Shown in pieces: positions 40,529 to 54,229 of a DNA stretch of 64,000 nucleotides. Origin of the DNA: the human T2T-CHM13v2.0 reference genome, Homo sapiens; the NCBI RefSeq assembly GCF_009914755.1, contig NC_060926.1. One strand, 5' to 3'. Both the position numbers and the translations under genes were made by a program. The number at the start of each line of letters is the position of its first letter. Position 1 is the stretch's first letter. Below the pieces are notes generated by a model. That model was not told the DNA's origin. It saw nothing but the letters and a program-made list of their open reading frames with translations, and did not search any database.

Positions 40529-41129
40529 CTGTAGGTGGCAACATTATAAGGCAATTAGAATGGCCTTACCAAGCACAATCAACAATGACTTTCAACAAAG
40601 CTAACTCCATTTAAAGGACACCCTCATTTACTGTGGCCAACGTGACCACAGGGCCACCCCAAAGGGAATTTGTCCTAATGAACACATAAGTTATGGTTGC
40701 CTCCCCACCTGCTGGAGGAAAGCTGGCTCACCTTCCACCCTGCCCAGTCAGTACTTTTTACAAAATAGTTGCACAAAAACAAATTTAGTTTTAGTAGCCA
40801 CCTGTTTTGTATGCTGTCACTGAAAATTCAATAAGTTCTCTTCTGCCGTAAATACACAACTTGGCCAGAGTGAAGTCATTGCTTGAATAATTAAAGAAAC
40901 CACTGATGTCTGCTCAGAGAACCCTTTGCCTCACAGTCTTCATTTCAAAATGCTCATTGTCAAGTGCAAAAGCTGAAAGAGCCTGCACATCCCTGTTCTC
41001 TTCAGTTCTATATTCCCTGTCTTCATTTGACAGACGAAAGAATTACTTAACATAAAACGTATAAAAAGGAAATCAGCATCAAAGCCAGCAAGTGCCGCAA
41101 ACATTTTTCACTTAAGAGACCTGCGTTTT

Positions 41130-41429
41130 GGCCAGGCACAGTGGCTCACGCCTGTAATCCCAGCACTTTGGGAGGCTGAGGCAGGTGGATCATCTGAGTT
41201 CAGGAGCTCAAGACCAGCCTGGCCAACAAGGGGAAACCCCATCACTACTAAAAATACAAAAATTAGCCGAGCGTGGGGGCAGACACCTGTAATCCCAGCT
41301 ACTCAGGAGGATGAGGCATGAGAATCACTTGAACCTGGAAGGAGGAGGTTCCAGTAAGCCGGGATTGCACCACTGCACTCCAGCCTGGGTGATAGAGTGA
41401 GATTTCATCTCCAAAAAAAAAACAAAAAA
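41130..41429 (+). mobile_element. AluS
   Basis: Full dimeric Alu with A tail. Confidence 0.94.
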
Positions 41430-41786
41430 CCTGTTTTTAAAGATCCTAAGTAATATGACAGTGATAACTTAAAGGCAAACCATAAAGCAAAAACATCTCA
41501 ATAAGATAACTGTCTCACAGTGACTGTGAACTGCTGTATCCATGTGCAGGCACCCTGCCCATATTGCAAGAACCATGAACTCTGTTAAGACCACAACACC
41601 TAACCCAAAAACCTGACAGAGATTCCAAGAAGTAGAGGAACATAAATGATTAAACCTGAGATGGACTGTTTTGCAAAAGAGTCCTCTGTTACTGTATTCC
41701 ATCAGATAGATTGCATGGCAAGTTGATTTTGTAAAAGCAGACAAAGGAAACAAAGTTTGGGATGAAGGTAAGGAAGAACTTTCTAA

Positions 41787-42140
<354 letters not shown>

Positions 42141-43899
42141 TGAAATGCAGTTCATTTCTAGTTGTTTGGACCAGAAGCTGGGAGCGTGATGCCTGGGGTG
42201 AGAATCGCTGATACATGCCAAATGAAGACAGCAGTGCCTCATCTGGGTGCTCACCTGTAGCATCAAGACAAGGTCTATGTTCTAAGAGAAGGGTAACATG
42301 TTATGCACCAACGTCCTTAATACAATAACACAGTTGCCTACTGGTGTAACAATGTGTGCAGAACATCATTGAACCTTTTCTCAATATTTCATGGTCATTG
42401 TTATGAACATCCATTCTGGGCTTTCCTTCCTTCATTTAATTTAGAACATGCTGTCTCTCTGGGCTACCCCTTCATTTTGATTTAAAATATCTTTGCAGAT
42501 AAAACTAATGTGTAGATCTCTAGAAGACTTATACCTTTGTACCATTAGAGAGAATATATATGTATATAGATACACACATACACGTATATAGACACATATA
42601 AATTCCATATATGCTATACCATGAATCTACCACTCATGTATTTACTATGTATATCACACATGACAGAAAAATAGACAAATACTCATATAACAATGACCTG
42701 AGAAGCTACTTGCTCCTATACCAAGTGGCCCAGATTGTTATATTCTTCTTTATAAGTACCAGCAATGGCACAACTCTTGGGGTGGGAGAAGATAAATATC
42801 ATCCCCTACCCTCCCACGTTTTCCCTCCCCCTACCACTGCATCACTAAAAGTTCTCCCGATGAGCCAGCGGGAAGGAATACCTTCTAGATCTAATGAAAC
42901 AAGTGGCCTAGTCTCCTTGCACCCAACAAGGATTCAGCTCTGGGAACCCTGAAATGCACCTCTGGTTCCCAGAGGCTCTGTCCCAGAGTCCCCTTTGATT
43001 AGGTAAGAGGTCATTTACGTTTGATTTTTATTCAAGTCATGGGAGCTCATGACAGATGATATGCCTAGAACCATGCTTAGCCAAATATAGTAAACACTGA
43101 AAAATATTGAGTAACTGGAAGAATAACTGAATTCCTATGTTTGCTTCATGACTCTGACGCAATTCACCTAGGCTTTGCAGAATCATTTCATTTCTCTGGG
43201 GGCTGCACCATGAATCTCCTCTGACCCAGTGATAAAAACCTTGGGATTCTCACAGCTGACTCTTCTGTGAGCCACGTCAGGGATGCATACGCATTTCCTT
43301 CCACTTGACATAAATATCAACCCAAACACAGCTGTCTTATCTCTTTAATGTGGCTCTGCAGGGCCTGACTTCACTGCCTTGTTGGGAGATGAACTTGAAG
43401 GTCCTGCTACTCCTCACCAACATGGCACAACCCTCTTCAGCCCTCCTCCCACGCCTCTCTCTGTTTTCCTCCATGCCTCATCCCTGCACCTCCATCAGAC
43501 TCTCCTGAAAGCCTCCATCAGGCCCACAGTCTTCCTCATGCATCACCCAAGCAGTGGACATTCCTGGAGAAGACCACACAACAAGGTACCTGCATGCCAC
43601 GCTCGGAACTCCAGACCCCCATCAGGAGACCTGTGCCTGCCCACCATCCTCCCATGCCTCCTTGGGAAGTTGGCTGTCCTGTCCTCCAGAATGACTGTCT
43701 CATGGCTGTGCTCTCTGCTCAGCCCTCTGCCACTGCCTCCAAGGCCTCCTCATCTGTCTCTGAGAAAATAGAAGCCCTCAGAGGAGAGCCCCTGCCCCCA
43801 CCACTAACCCACAGCCTACCTTCCTCTGCCATTGGCTCCCAACCCACAGGCTCCACTCCCTGTGGCTTCTCATCCCCCTACAGCAGCTGCTTCTCCAGC

Positions 43900-44345
43900 T
43901 TCCATGCATCCAGGGAGTCTGAACCTCAGGCTCCCTGTCCAGTGTGCTCCAGCTACACTGCCTTCTGACAGTTCTGGGAAGGGACTAAGTGCCTTCTTGT
44001 TGCAGGGCCACCCCTCCTGCTCTTCCTTCTGCCTGGACCACTCTTCCCCCTGCTCTCCGCATGCTCATCTGCCTTCGGTTCCACACCTTCTCAGGGCCTT
44101 CCATCCACCTGATCTAAAATTCCCTTCCCCAGTCTTCCTATCACAGCCCTGTTGAATGCCCCAATGCAACTTATCATGCTCAGAATATTTTGCCTGGTCA
44201 CTAGTTTATATTATTATTGTCTCTTTCCCCATTATCCTGTAACAGACGAGCAGCCACATCTGTCTCATTAAACAGCACCATATCTCTAGTGCTTGGCATA
44301 GTGTCTGGCACATGCCAGATAGTCAAGGATATTTGTTGAATATTT
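43900..44345 (+). mobile_element. L2 3' portion
   Basis: Ends ...ctagtgcttggcatagtgtctggcacatg...atatttgttgaat, typical of L2 termini. Confidence 0.6.
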
Positions 44346-46610
44346 ACAAGTTAATCATTGATATTAAACATGATGTTTGTAATCAAGGGGTTGAAACTCT
44401 ACTTGGCTAGGGAAAATCTGAAACAAGGGTCATGTGCTGCCCATTTTCATTAAAAAGTTGAAACTTCTCCTGGTACAGACATATCTTCATCTGGTGCAAC
44501 TCCTTTGTCATAAATTCAAGAAATCGAAACCCAGAGAGGTTGCATGACCTGCCCAGGATCACATGGCAGGTCCACAGAAGACCCAAGACCAGAGACCAGC
44601 TTTCCCATCTACAGCCATGTTGCATCGTCGGTGTCTGCAAAACATAGGGAAATCTCTGGGCTTCTATACTTTGGGATGCACACCAATAGTATGCAAGCTC
44701 AGAGAAACCTCAGCAGGTCATAAATTTTCACTTGATTGTTTTCTTAATTGCCAGAGTCACAAAACGGCACCATGATGGAATGAGCATGAGCAGCTCCAGG
44801 CACCGGGCATGTAGTCCTGTACACTGTTTCCATTGCTTCTCAATGTCCATTTGCATTCAGAACATTATTTTCAAAATTCTAGTCTCTCTATTAGCTCATC
44901 TGGAGGATTTGGGCCAATTTTATGGTCCCATCAAGTGAGAGGAAAAGCTGGAAAACTGTATGCAGCAAAAGCTAAGCCACACAGAATTGACCTTTCAAAC
45001 TTAAATAAATGCCAGACACAGCCTTCTCCAGAAGGCAACACTCACATATACTTTTCTTGCTACATCACCTGGTCACAGTTCCAATGCACAGATTAAGTAG
45101 AGATGCCATAGCCTGAGCTTTCTACCTGTAATTTTTATTACAACAAAAGCTGTGGTTTAAAATCATTTGAGGCAAGTTCAATCTAACTCAGTGTGAATTT
45201 TGTAACCCTTGTAAGGAAATGTGGTGTGTTGCCTTTACATGAATGCAGCAACTAGAACTAATGATTAGCAAGGCACTATTAAGTAGAGGTCAGCTCCTTA
45301 AATAAATAGATAGTGATGTTTTTAATTAAGACTTTAAAATCTTCTACTCTTAATTTCATACAATGGCATATTCTCCAAAATGGTTATTTTTAAATTATTT
45401 TCACTCCTTTATCAAAGGAAAACCTCCCTTGATCAATTGTAATTGATACAATGGGTAAAGCAGTATCTTATTACAATATTTATCTTGTAGACCCAGACTT
45501 TATTTATAAAGTTAGCAAATAAGAGTTGTAACAATGTGTTATTTCACCCAAGAAAATTTAGATGATTGGTTGCAGATGATAATCAGAGTCTTATAGGAGC
45601 CTCGGTATCCATTCACCAATTTTCATTGAGCCCATACTCTGGAAGGAAAATGAAGAATAAGGTCTTATAGTCAAGGACTAATCTCATTAGAGCATCCCAG
45701 TGTGTAAGCAACACTGGAAGTGAGTTGGGTGTTTCTGGAAACTGTTGGGGGCCACTGTGTCCCTGATTTACCAAATGGCATCCTATTGGCCTGACCTAGG
45801 TAATGAAATTGATAGGTCTGAAAAGTGACTGATGTCTCAGAAAACAGTTCAAAAGGTAGAGGAGGCTATGCATCCTGATGCCCCCACCATACCTCCTATG
45901 TTTGTTAAGTGCATATTTGTTATGTGACTTGGTTGGTTTTTTTGTTTTTTAAACCACTCCAATTGGCTGTTTTGCCAAAGGCCCTCCATTTGAGCTTGTA
46001 TCCTAATATTGCCACTCAGGAGAATTACTCCTACACTTCACAAGCACAAGAAAAAAAAAACTTCATAAATATTTCATCAAGTGATTACACTGTTATTTCT
46101 TACCTTCAGAAGTATAACTCTCAGCACCCTAGCACAAAATGACTTTGAGGAGACACCCTCACTCCATCTTTGCTTTTGGAAAGATACTCTGTCTATGAGC
46201 ACACTTCTAACACTGACTTTTAGAGCTCAATGCCATAGTCCTGGAGTAACTTTCTCAGAACTGTAATGAGCCCCTCAAGCCCATTTTTAGGAAGACTGGA
46301 TTATAAGTAGTTAATACGGTGATGTTTAATAATCTCAAAGCAACAGGTTTGTTGAATTAGCCTTAAAAGCACGCTTTCTCAGCAACTCATACTCTCGTAA
46401 GAGCTTTCACTCACTCATTGGTCTTTAGTTTTTCCGCACACATGACATCACAAACATGACATCCAGGACCCAGCTCATCAGGGAAGGACTGGACTGTGGG
46501 TACTTACAGCTTCTCCCGTGGCGAATCATGCTGGTACCCACCTTACGTCTATGTAAACCAACACACACAACACCCCACTCCCACACAGATGGTGAGAAGA
46601 GGATACATAC

Positions 46611-47213
46611 CTTGTGTGACAATGGTTGGCGGTTTCAAGACAATGTGCCTTTGGGCCACGCCAACAATGTACGGCAGTAATTTCTCCTGGAGGTCCCCAA
46701 AGCTACGGAATTCCGGGACAGTAAACACCAAGTTGTCATCGGTAGCTATGTGCTGAAGCTCTGCCCTGGAGGCGGCCTGGGCTCCAAGGCCGAATGAGAA
46801 CACGCTAGCCTGCTTCAGTGCTACCACCCCGTAGCGAATCTCGTCACTAGAAGGCCCGGCACTTATGAGGACCAGCACCTGGGGAACCCCTTCCTCCACG
46901 CGGCTGCCCCCTGCCCGGGTGAAGTGGTTCTCCACCACGAAATCAAGGGCGAGGCCGATATTGGCCAACTCCCCACCAGCAAACCCGAGGGCTTTCACTG
47001 CACCCAGAACCTGGGCCTTGGTGGAGTAGGTGTCCAAGGAGAACATGGTTCTGGGCTCATCGCTAAACTGGACCACCCCCACTCGGATCTGCTGAGTTCC
47101 AATTGGGAGTTTCTCAAGGAGATTTACAAGGAAGTCGAGAATGACTGCGAAATTGACACTTCCGGTGTTGTTTGATCCATCAATAAGGAAAATAATGTCA
47201 GCAGAGTCTTGTG
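46611..47213 (-). CDS. COL6A3: Exon 4, vWA domain N9 (603 nt, phase 1-1)
   Basis: [18 protein letters not shown]...PPTIVTQ; AAG acceptor, GTATGT donor. Confidence 0.97.
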
Positions 47214-50200
47214 CTTTAAAAGAAAGAAATGCAAAAAATGTGAAAGCATTAGAACAAGTGACCACATGCATTATTCAGTGTTCTGACATGTTTCTTTGGA
47301 AACCAATAAGAAACACGAAATATGGGCAAACAAAACACATGTTGATGAAGGAATGTGAAATTCTCTTTCAGTTCTGCATTCTGAATGGATAAGAGGCAAC
47401 CTCTTAGAAATCATGGTGTAAAAAAGGGACATTTATAGCAATTTTTCATTTGTGCCATCCTCATAGTTAAATTTCCAAACATCATATTCACTTTTCTGAG
47501 GGGACAATCTTGGGTACATATTCTAGAAATTTCCACTAAATTTGGAGGGAAAAGTAGTAGCATGAATTGTCCACTACCAAACCTACCAGGGAAAATCAAT
47601 GAGTAGGTTACCAAAACTTTAGAGATGATTTCTAATTTTTGGTCATTTCTCCTGCCTCCTCAAATGATTAGAATAATTTTTTATACAAATCCACAGCTAC
47701 AAAACAGAGTCACGATTTGGTGATTCCTCAACCCAGTATGTTGCTGGATGCCTTCAGAAACTATTGTTTCTTCTCTTTTCTTTAAAAACCAAAATGACCT
47801 TGTACATGCAACTTCGTGAATCAGAACTCAAACTACATTTAAAGTTTTCATGTAAAAAATACTTTGATGAAATTTTTGTTGTTCTTTTTTCTCAAATGAT
47901 GTTTAGTTGCATAAAACTCAAATGCAGGTCTGGGATTGGGCAGGATGTTTTGTTCATTTATTTTGTCATTGCCTCTATATTCAGTCACTTAATGCAGAAC
48001 AATGTTAAGCAGAGTGATATGAAACCGGTCATGACATAATTATCCAACCTTGTTTTTATGACATCCTAAACTAGTTACCTAGAAGGACCATGAGCATCGA
48101 ATAAACCCTGATTAGAATTAGCCTGGGGTTATACAAAGGGCAGAAAAACAGCTGACCAAGACCTCTTCTCTCCCCCATAATGGCAAACAGAGAATTCCCA
48201 ACCTGATGCTGAGAACGGGGTTATATAGCAGCCCTGAGGGAGGAATAGGGATCGAGAAATCTAAAAGTCAGGGCCAGAGATTTCACAGCATCAGTTCGAA
48301 TGTTTAAATTTGGCTGATTTAAACTCAAGGAGGAGCACAATTATTCTAGTCGATGTTTTTGATAACTTGAGTATGTGTTAGGGACAAGAAGAGATTATAT
48401 GTGAGCTTGAGCTTATCTATTTATATTCTGGGATTCCAGAAAACTACACTCAGGGTATCATTTTTAAATGATGGTAATATTATAGGTAAGACCATTCACT
48501 CTGATCTCTGATCTTTTCAATGACAGTGAACATTTTATATTTAAAATTAATGTTTCCTTGTGCCAACAAAATTGTTTTTGTTCTCACTGTAGAAAAGGAT
48601 CCAAAGCTTGTCTCACAAAATTGAAGAGTTCTGCTCTAGTGAAATTACATTCTTACCCAAGCTCTTCTCATTGTGTGAACTGAAACAGAGATTGCCAGGT
48701 TCGGAACTGCCCTCTTCCCTTCCTAATATACAAGAAAGTTCCTAACAATATATTTGCAGATTAATTCTTTGCATAGGGAAATATATTAACCTGGCAACAT
48801 TGCTATCACAATCCTTCTTATAAGATACAATGAGTAGGATAATTGTTGTGCTACAGTAATTAAGATCTTGTGTTTTTAGTAATTGCCACACAAAAGTTTT
48901 ATATAAGACTAGGCCCTTGATTAGGGCCCAAAGCATTTGCCACTGTTCAGCCAAAATATAAGATTCCTGAAGGATCTTCAAGAGAGTGTGGTGCCAGGGG
49001 GTGTGAATTACACAGAAGGCCATAGAAATGGCCTACATCATTGCATAATACAGAGGCTCCACAAATTCCACAAAATTCCTCAACATTTCCCAGGCCTAAA
49101 CCAATGACCTCAAAGGACACGGAAGGATTTGCCACTTCCTCAGCATATCAAGACGTTTAAAAGAAGGATTAAATATGATCAATACAGTCAAGCTTTTAAA
49201 AATGATCCCTAAGTCGCAGGATAACACTATTTCTTCTCCATTTGTAACTTACTTTTGGGTTGAAATTTATAGTCATGCAAATAAGATAAATGGACCCTGA
49301 GGGAAAATCCTTGAACATTCTCTTGTAAAAGACTGAACATCTACAGTGGCCAGTCATAGAAACACGTTGGATAATTTGTCATCACTGAATAACAACATTA
49401 TCCTCTTACACACACAATAATGGGACATACAAGGGCATGCTTTGTTATTCAAGAGAGCTGAAGCCTCAAGGGCACACAGGGGCCATGTGTGCTTGTGTAC
49501 AGCAAGGCGGACCAATGACCAATGTTAATGTTACAAGGAATCAGATCTATGCACAATTTAAAAGCTTTAAAATTGTCTGGTTTTCTGCTTCTATGCTTTA
49601 TGTATCACATCCTCTGTGGTGTTTTCTACAGAAAAGTTTTACAGTGTCCAAGGAAAATTCACAGTTTCCTTTGACATCCCTGGAAGCTCTTTTCCCGAGC
49701 TCACTGGTGTGGGCACAATGCCTTTCTTAGCTCATGTGATGCCTCCTTTCATTAAGAAAAACAAGTTCCCATTCTTGTTTCCTATGTAAAACACAAAATT
49801 GTATATATATTTTACAAATTTTAAAAATCTTCATCCTTTACAGAGAAAAGAAAGCTGATGCCAAAATCCTCCCTGTCACCTTTAGCTTTTGTTTTAAAAT
49901 AAAGGTTTTATATCTCAGGTATATTCATTTTTTTAAAGAATGACAGAGGGATTTTTAAAAACACAACCATTAGAGATTGATTATTTGAGTAGAGTTCATT
50001 GACAACAGTGGTGATCGTTCATATTTTACACATATGTGTGTTTTATAATCAAGAACACTCTATGGGGAAGTTACCCAGCAGACAGGTAGTAAGAAGAGGC
50101 AGCCCTAACTAATTAGCAATCTCTATAATGCTCTTCTAACTGGCTTTCCAAAAAACTATAAGCAGAGATGTACTGTTCTTCCTAAGATTATTATCCTATG

Positions 50201-50534
50201 TTTTTGCCGTGGAACATGCAGCGGGACGTGGTACTAGGAGGAACTGCAGAGTGATGTTAATTAGAAAAGACACATGAATGGATTAATTTTCTGCCCTGGT
50301 GCTGCTAGTGGCTTGGACACTAGAAGACAGAGATGCTTTCTTGGCATAAAAACAAAGGTTTTATCATCTGTGTGGAAACACACGATGTTGGTAGTTTCAT
50401 TTAGCATTCACTATGGTAATCTCATTGTTTGTCCATTACATAATGGTTAAACATAAAGGCAAACTCAGCTATTTTTGTGAGTATAACAAAACGTCAATAA
50501 AAGATGTTCCATTTCTCTACTGGTCCCTTTCACT

Positions 50535-50836
50535 GTTTGTTTGTTTGTTTGTTTGTTTGTTTGTTTGTTTGTTTTAGACAGAGTTTCACTCTTGTCACCC
50601 AGACTGGAGTGCAGTGTCACAAATTTGGCTCACTGCAACCTCCACCTCCTGGATTCAAGCGATTCTCCTGCCTCAGCCTCCCGGGATTACAGACGCCCAC
50701 CACCACACCTGGCTAATTTTTGTATTTTTGGTAGAGACGGGGTTTCACCATGTTGACCAGGCTGGTCTCAAACTCCTGACCTCAGATGATCCTCCCGTCT
50801 CAGCCTCCCAAAGTGCTGGGATTATAGGCGTGAGCC
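50535..50836 (-). mobile_element. AluS, slightly 5'-truncated, (TTTG)n tail
   Basis: TSD ccctttcact on both sides; small internal deletion. Confidence 0.93.
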
Positions 50837-53611
50837 CCTTTCACTATTTTTTGGTAGGTCTTTGTTATTATCCCGATATTCCGAAATGTGATGGATCAGG
50901 GAATTAATGATACTGAGACTATCGTAGCGAGGAGTGCAGTTCATTGTAGATACCCTCTTGTCATTTCCTGGTAACCTGAGTGTTTGGTTTGGGGTGCTCT
51001 TGGAGACACCCAGCTTTTCCTGTCATTTGGCAGGACTGATGCCTGTGTGGTAATGCCAGGGGTGAGGCCTGTCATTTGGAAGCAGGGAACACTTTGCAGT
51101 GTTTGAACTGCCTCTCACTCTTTCCTATGGAGAAGCAGACCCACAGGTAAGGGCATCAGCACTGCCAGCCCCGTTAAAGCTGAAATCAGGAGTAACCACT
51201 GGGAAAACCATTTTATGAACAAACTTCTGAAACACCCTGGAGCTGGCTAGTTCTGAAACCCTCTTCTTCATCAAGTTCTGCCTGCTCAAGACAGCTAGTT
51301 CCTTTCTGCTGATGTTGGGTCATCTCTCTTCAGCTCCTGCTTTCTGAATCCTTGTTATGAAAAACTGACATCTGGTACTGCTTCTCTGCAACTGCTCCAG
51401 CATTCTGATTGCAATCTTGCAATTCTTCTGCTGTCCCTCCGATGTGGTCCTGTAGAGTGATGTGTGCCTCCAAGCCTCAACTCTCTTTTTCCTGCCCCAC
51501 CATCCATGTGTATTCACAAGAGACTGACTCTCCATCAGTCACCTCACCTCCTACCTCCTGTCCCAATGGCCATCTTGGTGGTAACCATTTTTAAAAGTGT
51601 AGGAGAAAAATCTGTTCATAAATCTTGCTTCCTATGATCAGTTCCCCTATGCCATGTGGTTGCCCACTCATTCTTTTTTGATTCAAAGAATTATCCACTT
51701 CCTCATGCCTACTAAATACACAGAAGAGAGTCTCCAACATTCCTACATGATTTAGTTACATTATGTTCAGCCTGCGTTCACACTGCAGACTCTGTGGTCA
51801 TCTCCAGACTTTAAGGTCTGTATGGACAACCTTTGTGAGCACCACCCTCTCTGGTTTCTGCAGTGGCTGGCTCTCTATAGTTCCTACACATCTGAGGACC
51901 ACACTGAGCACCATTGGAAACTCCTCCAGCCCCGCGATTGGCCCTCAGAGGTCTCCCTGTCTACACACCAGCAGCGTCTCCAACTTGCACACTCAGCTGT
52001 CTCCAGGACTCTCCTTCCGAGACCTGGCCTCTCATCCTCTGGCTCTTCAGAGGTCTCCTGGCCCATTCCAGCTCTCATTAGCTCCCCATGCAGCTAGGAC
52101 ACCATGGCAGGCTGTTTCAGGAATTTACTAGCTACCACTCTGGATTTCCTTACTGAGAAAATTTTCTTCTGTCCTCTCTATTGTTCCCTCTTTGCAAGTT
52201 CCAGTTCTGGGAACTCCTTTGATCCTGGGAGTGCCTGAGATATCTGCAGAAAGGCAGGGATCCACACTAATGGAGACACCCACTGACTTGTAATCTCTGA
52301 TAGCAACTGGATGCCACTTCAAATCAGCAGTTGCTTCCTGAATGTTTTGTGACCCCTCTTCACATCCCTATAGCAGCTGATCAAAAATAACTTCAATCCC
52401 TCCAAGCCCCCAAGCCCCACTGCTTCCCTCCTTTATTGAGATGATGGATGTCAACTCAACTTGAACTCTCTCAATGTGCCTCTTATCCACCTGAATATCT
52501 TGGAAACACAGCCCCTTTTCTCATGCCTTCCCTCCATCTCAGAGAACATGTGTGTCTCCTTTCTGGAGCTCAACTCTCCCCCTGGATTCCTCTCTCATTT
52601 CCTGCTCATTCCACCCAGAATTCTCTGCTACCAACTATCAAATGGCTGCATGGACTCATTTTCTAACAAGGGGAGGTCCCTCTGCTCTGCCCATCGCTGA
52701 TGAGTAAGCTCTGGGCACTCATTACAGTTGCTGTGGTATGGTAGAGTTTGAAATTGTACTTGTCAAATTCCTTCCCCATTGGCCATTTAGGCACTTAGCC
52801 CTGGAAGGAGAGCTAACAGGCTTAACTGGTTAAATAACCTGTCGGCCAATTAGCTCTGTACATGCAACTGCACATGACACATCGATGCAATGTCCGTGTG
52901 CTCTCAATACTTCCAGAGTGGTTCTCATCAACTCCATTAGAATTAGAAGAGTCTCTGTGGGCACAGCCATGATTACCGCATGGAGAAGAAATAAGAAGAC
53001 CAGACCCACAGCCCAAATGCACAGCCTCCAGCTCCGGCTGTCACTAACCATTCAGGACTAAATTTTTTCCAAAATCAATCTAGACTGGATCATAGCTGAG
53101 GTTTCTTGTAATTCCGATTCTACCAACACTCTTAAATTAACTCCGTAAAGTAGAAGAGAGAAGCTCTCTGCTAGTCCACTGGACACAAAAACAGATGCCC
53201 TCGCTCCCGTCTCAGTTCACGCACTCTCCAACAGGGAGCTTTCCTTAAAGGAAACAGATCCCAACACCAAATAGAGGAGTTTGATCAGATGCACACCTCA
53301 CCACTCTGAGGCTTTCTTTTCTAAGGAAGGCAGAGGTATTTTGTGGGATCATAATATTAGAATGTGGGTTTTTTTAGACTGAAAATATTAGTTGTTTAAA
53401 AAAAGACTCTTCTTGTATGTAGGTGAATGCCCTACTTGGGGAGAAGACTATGGAAGAATATTCCAAATCAAACCTTTGTTTTTAAACCTGTGAACACTCA
53501 TCTCTTCCCTGGCCCACCCGCCATCCTAGCTGTTGCTTTAAGGCCAGCAGTTGCCAAGCTCATCTCCCAAGAACAGCAGGGCAGGGCGTAGCTTGGTGGC
53601 GTTGCCATTAC

Positions 53612-54229
53612 CTGTGATGTCTTTAAGGGTTTCCGTGTCCCCAGCCCTTTCTGGACTCACGGATGAATGCACACAGGACACTAAGTTTCCTACTATGTCA
53701 TGAAGTGAGGTAAAATTCTCTAGGTTGAACATATGCATATTGAGCGGTTCACTTGCTATTTCTTTTAACGCTCCTTCATCTGCATCCTCAACTCCAATTG
53801 CAAACACGTTAACATCAGCAGACTTAAGTTCCGCTGAGGGCAGAGCAAGGCCATCCTTCGAGTGTCCATCAGTTAACACTACGATAACCTGAGGGACTCC
53901 GTCACCGGCCCGGCTTCCAGCAGCCTTGGTGAGGTGGCTTTGCATTATGTATTCTAATCCTTTTCCAGTCTGATTGGTTCCCCCAATATAAGACATGTTG
54001 GAAATATGAGAAAGGACTTCTTGTTTAGTACGATACGTATTTAACAGGAACTCGGTATGTGGGTTTCCGTTGAACTGGACCAGAGCAAAATGGAAATCAT
54101 TTTCTCCCACAGCTAAGGATTTTACAACATCATATAGAAACTCTCGAACAAGTTGGAAATGTTCCTCTCCAATGGTCCAAGAGGAATCCACTAGAAATAT
54201 TATATCAGCAGCCGCACCATTTTTGACAT
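53612..54229 (-). CDS. COL6A3: Exon 3, vWA domain N10 (618 nt, phase 1-1)
   Basis: [21 protein letters not shown]...LKDIT; ttttaaag acceptor, GTAATG donor. Confidence 0.97.

Noticed and set aside
51700-52810. C/T-rich stretch with several short ORFs, possibly an old L2
   Set aside because: Too diverged to assign by eye; no coding signal
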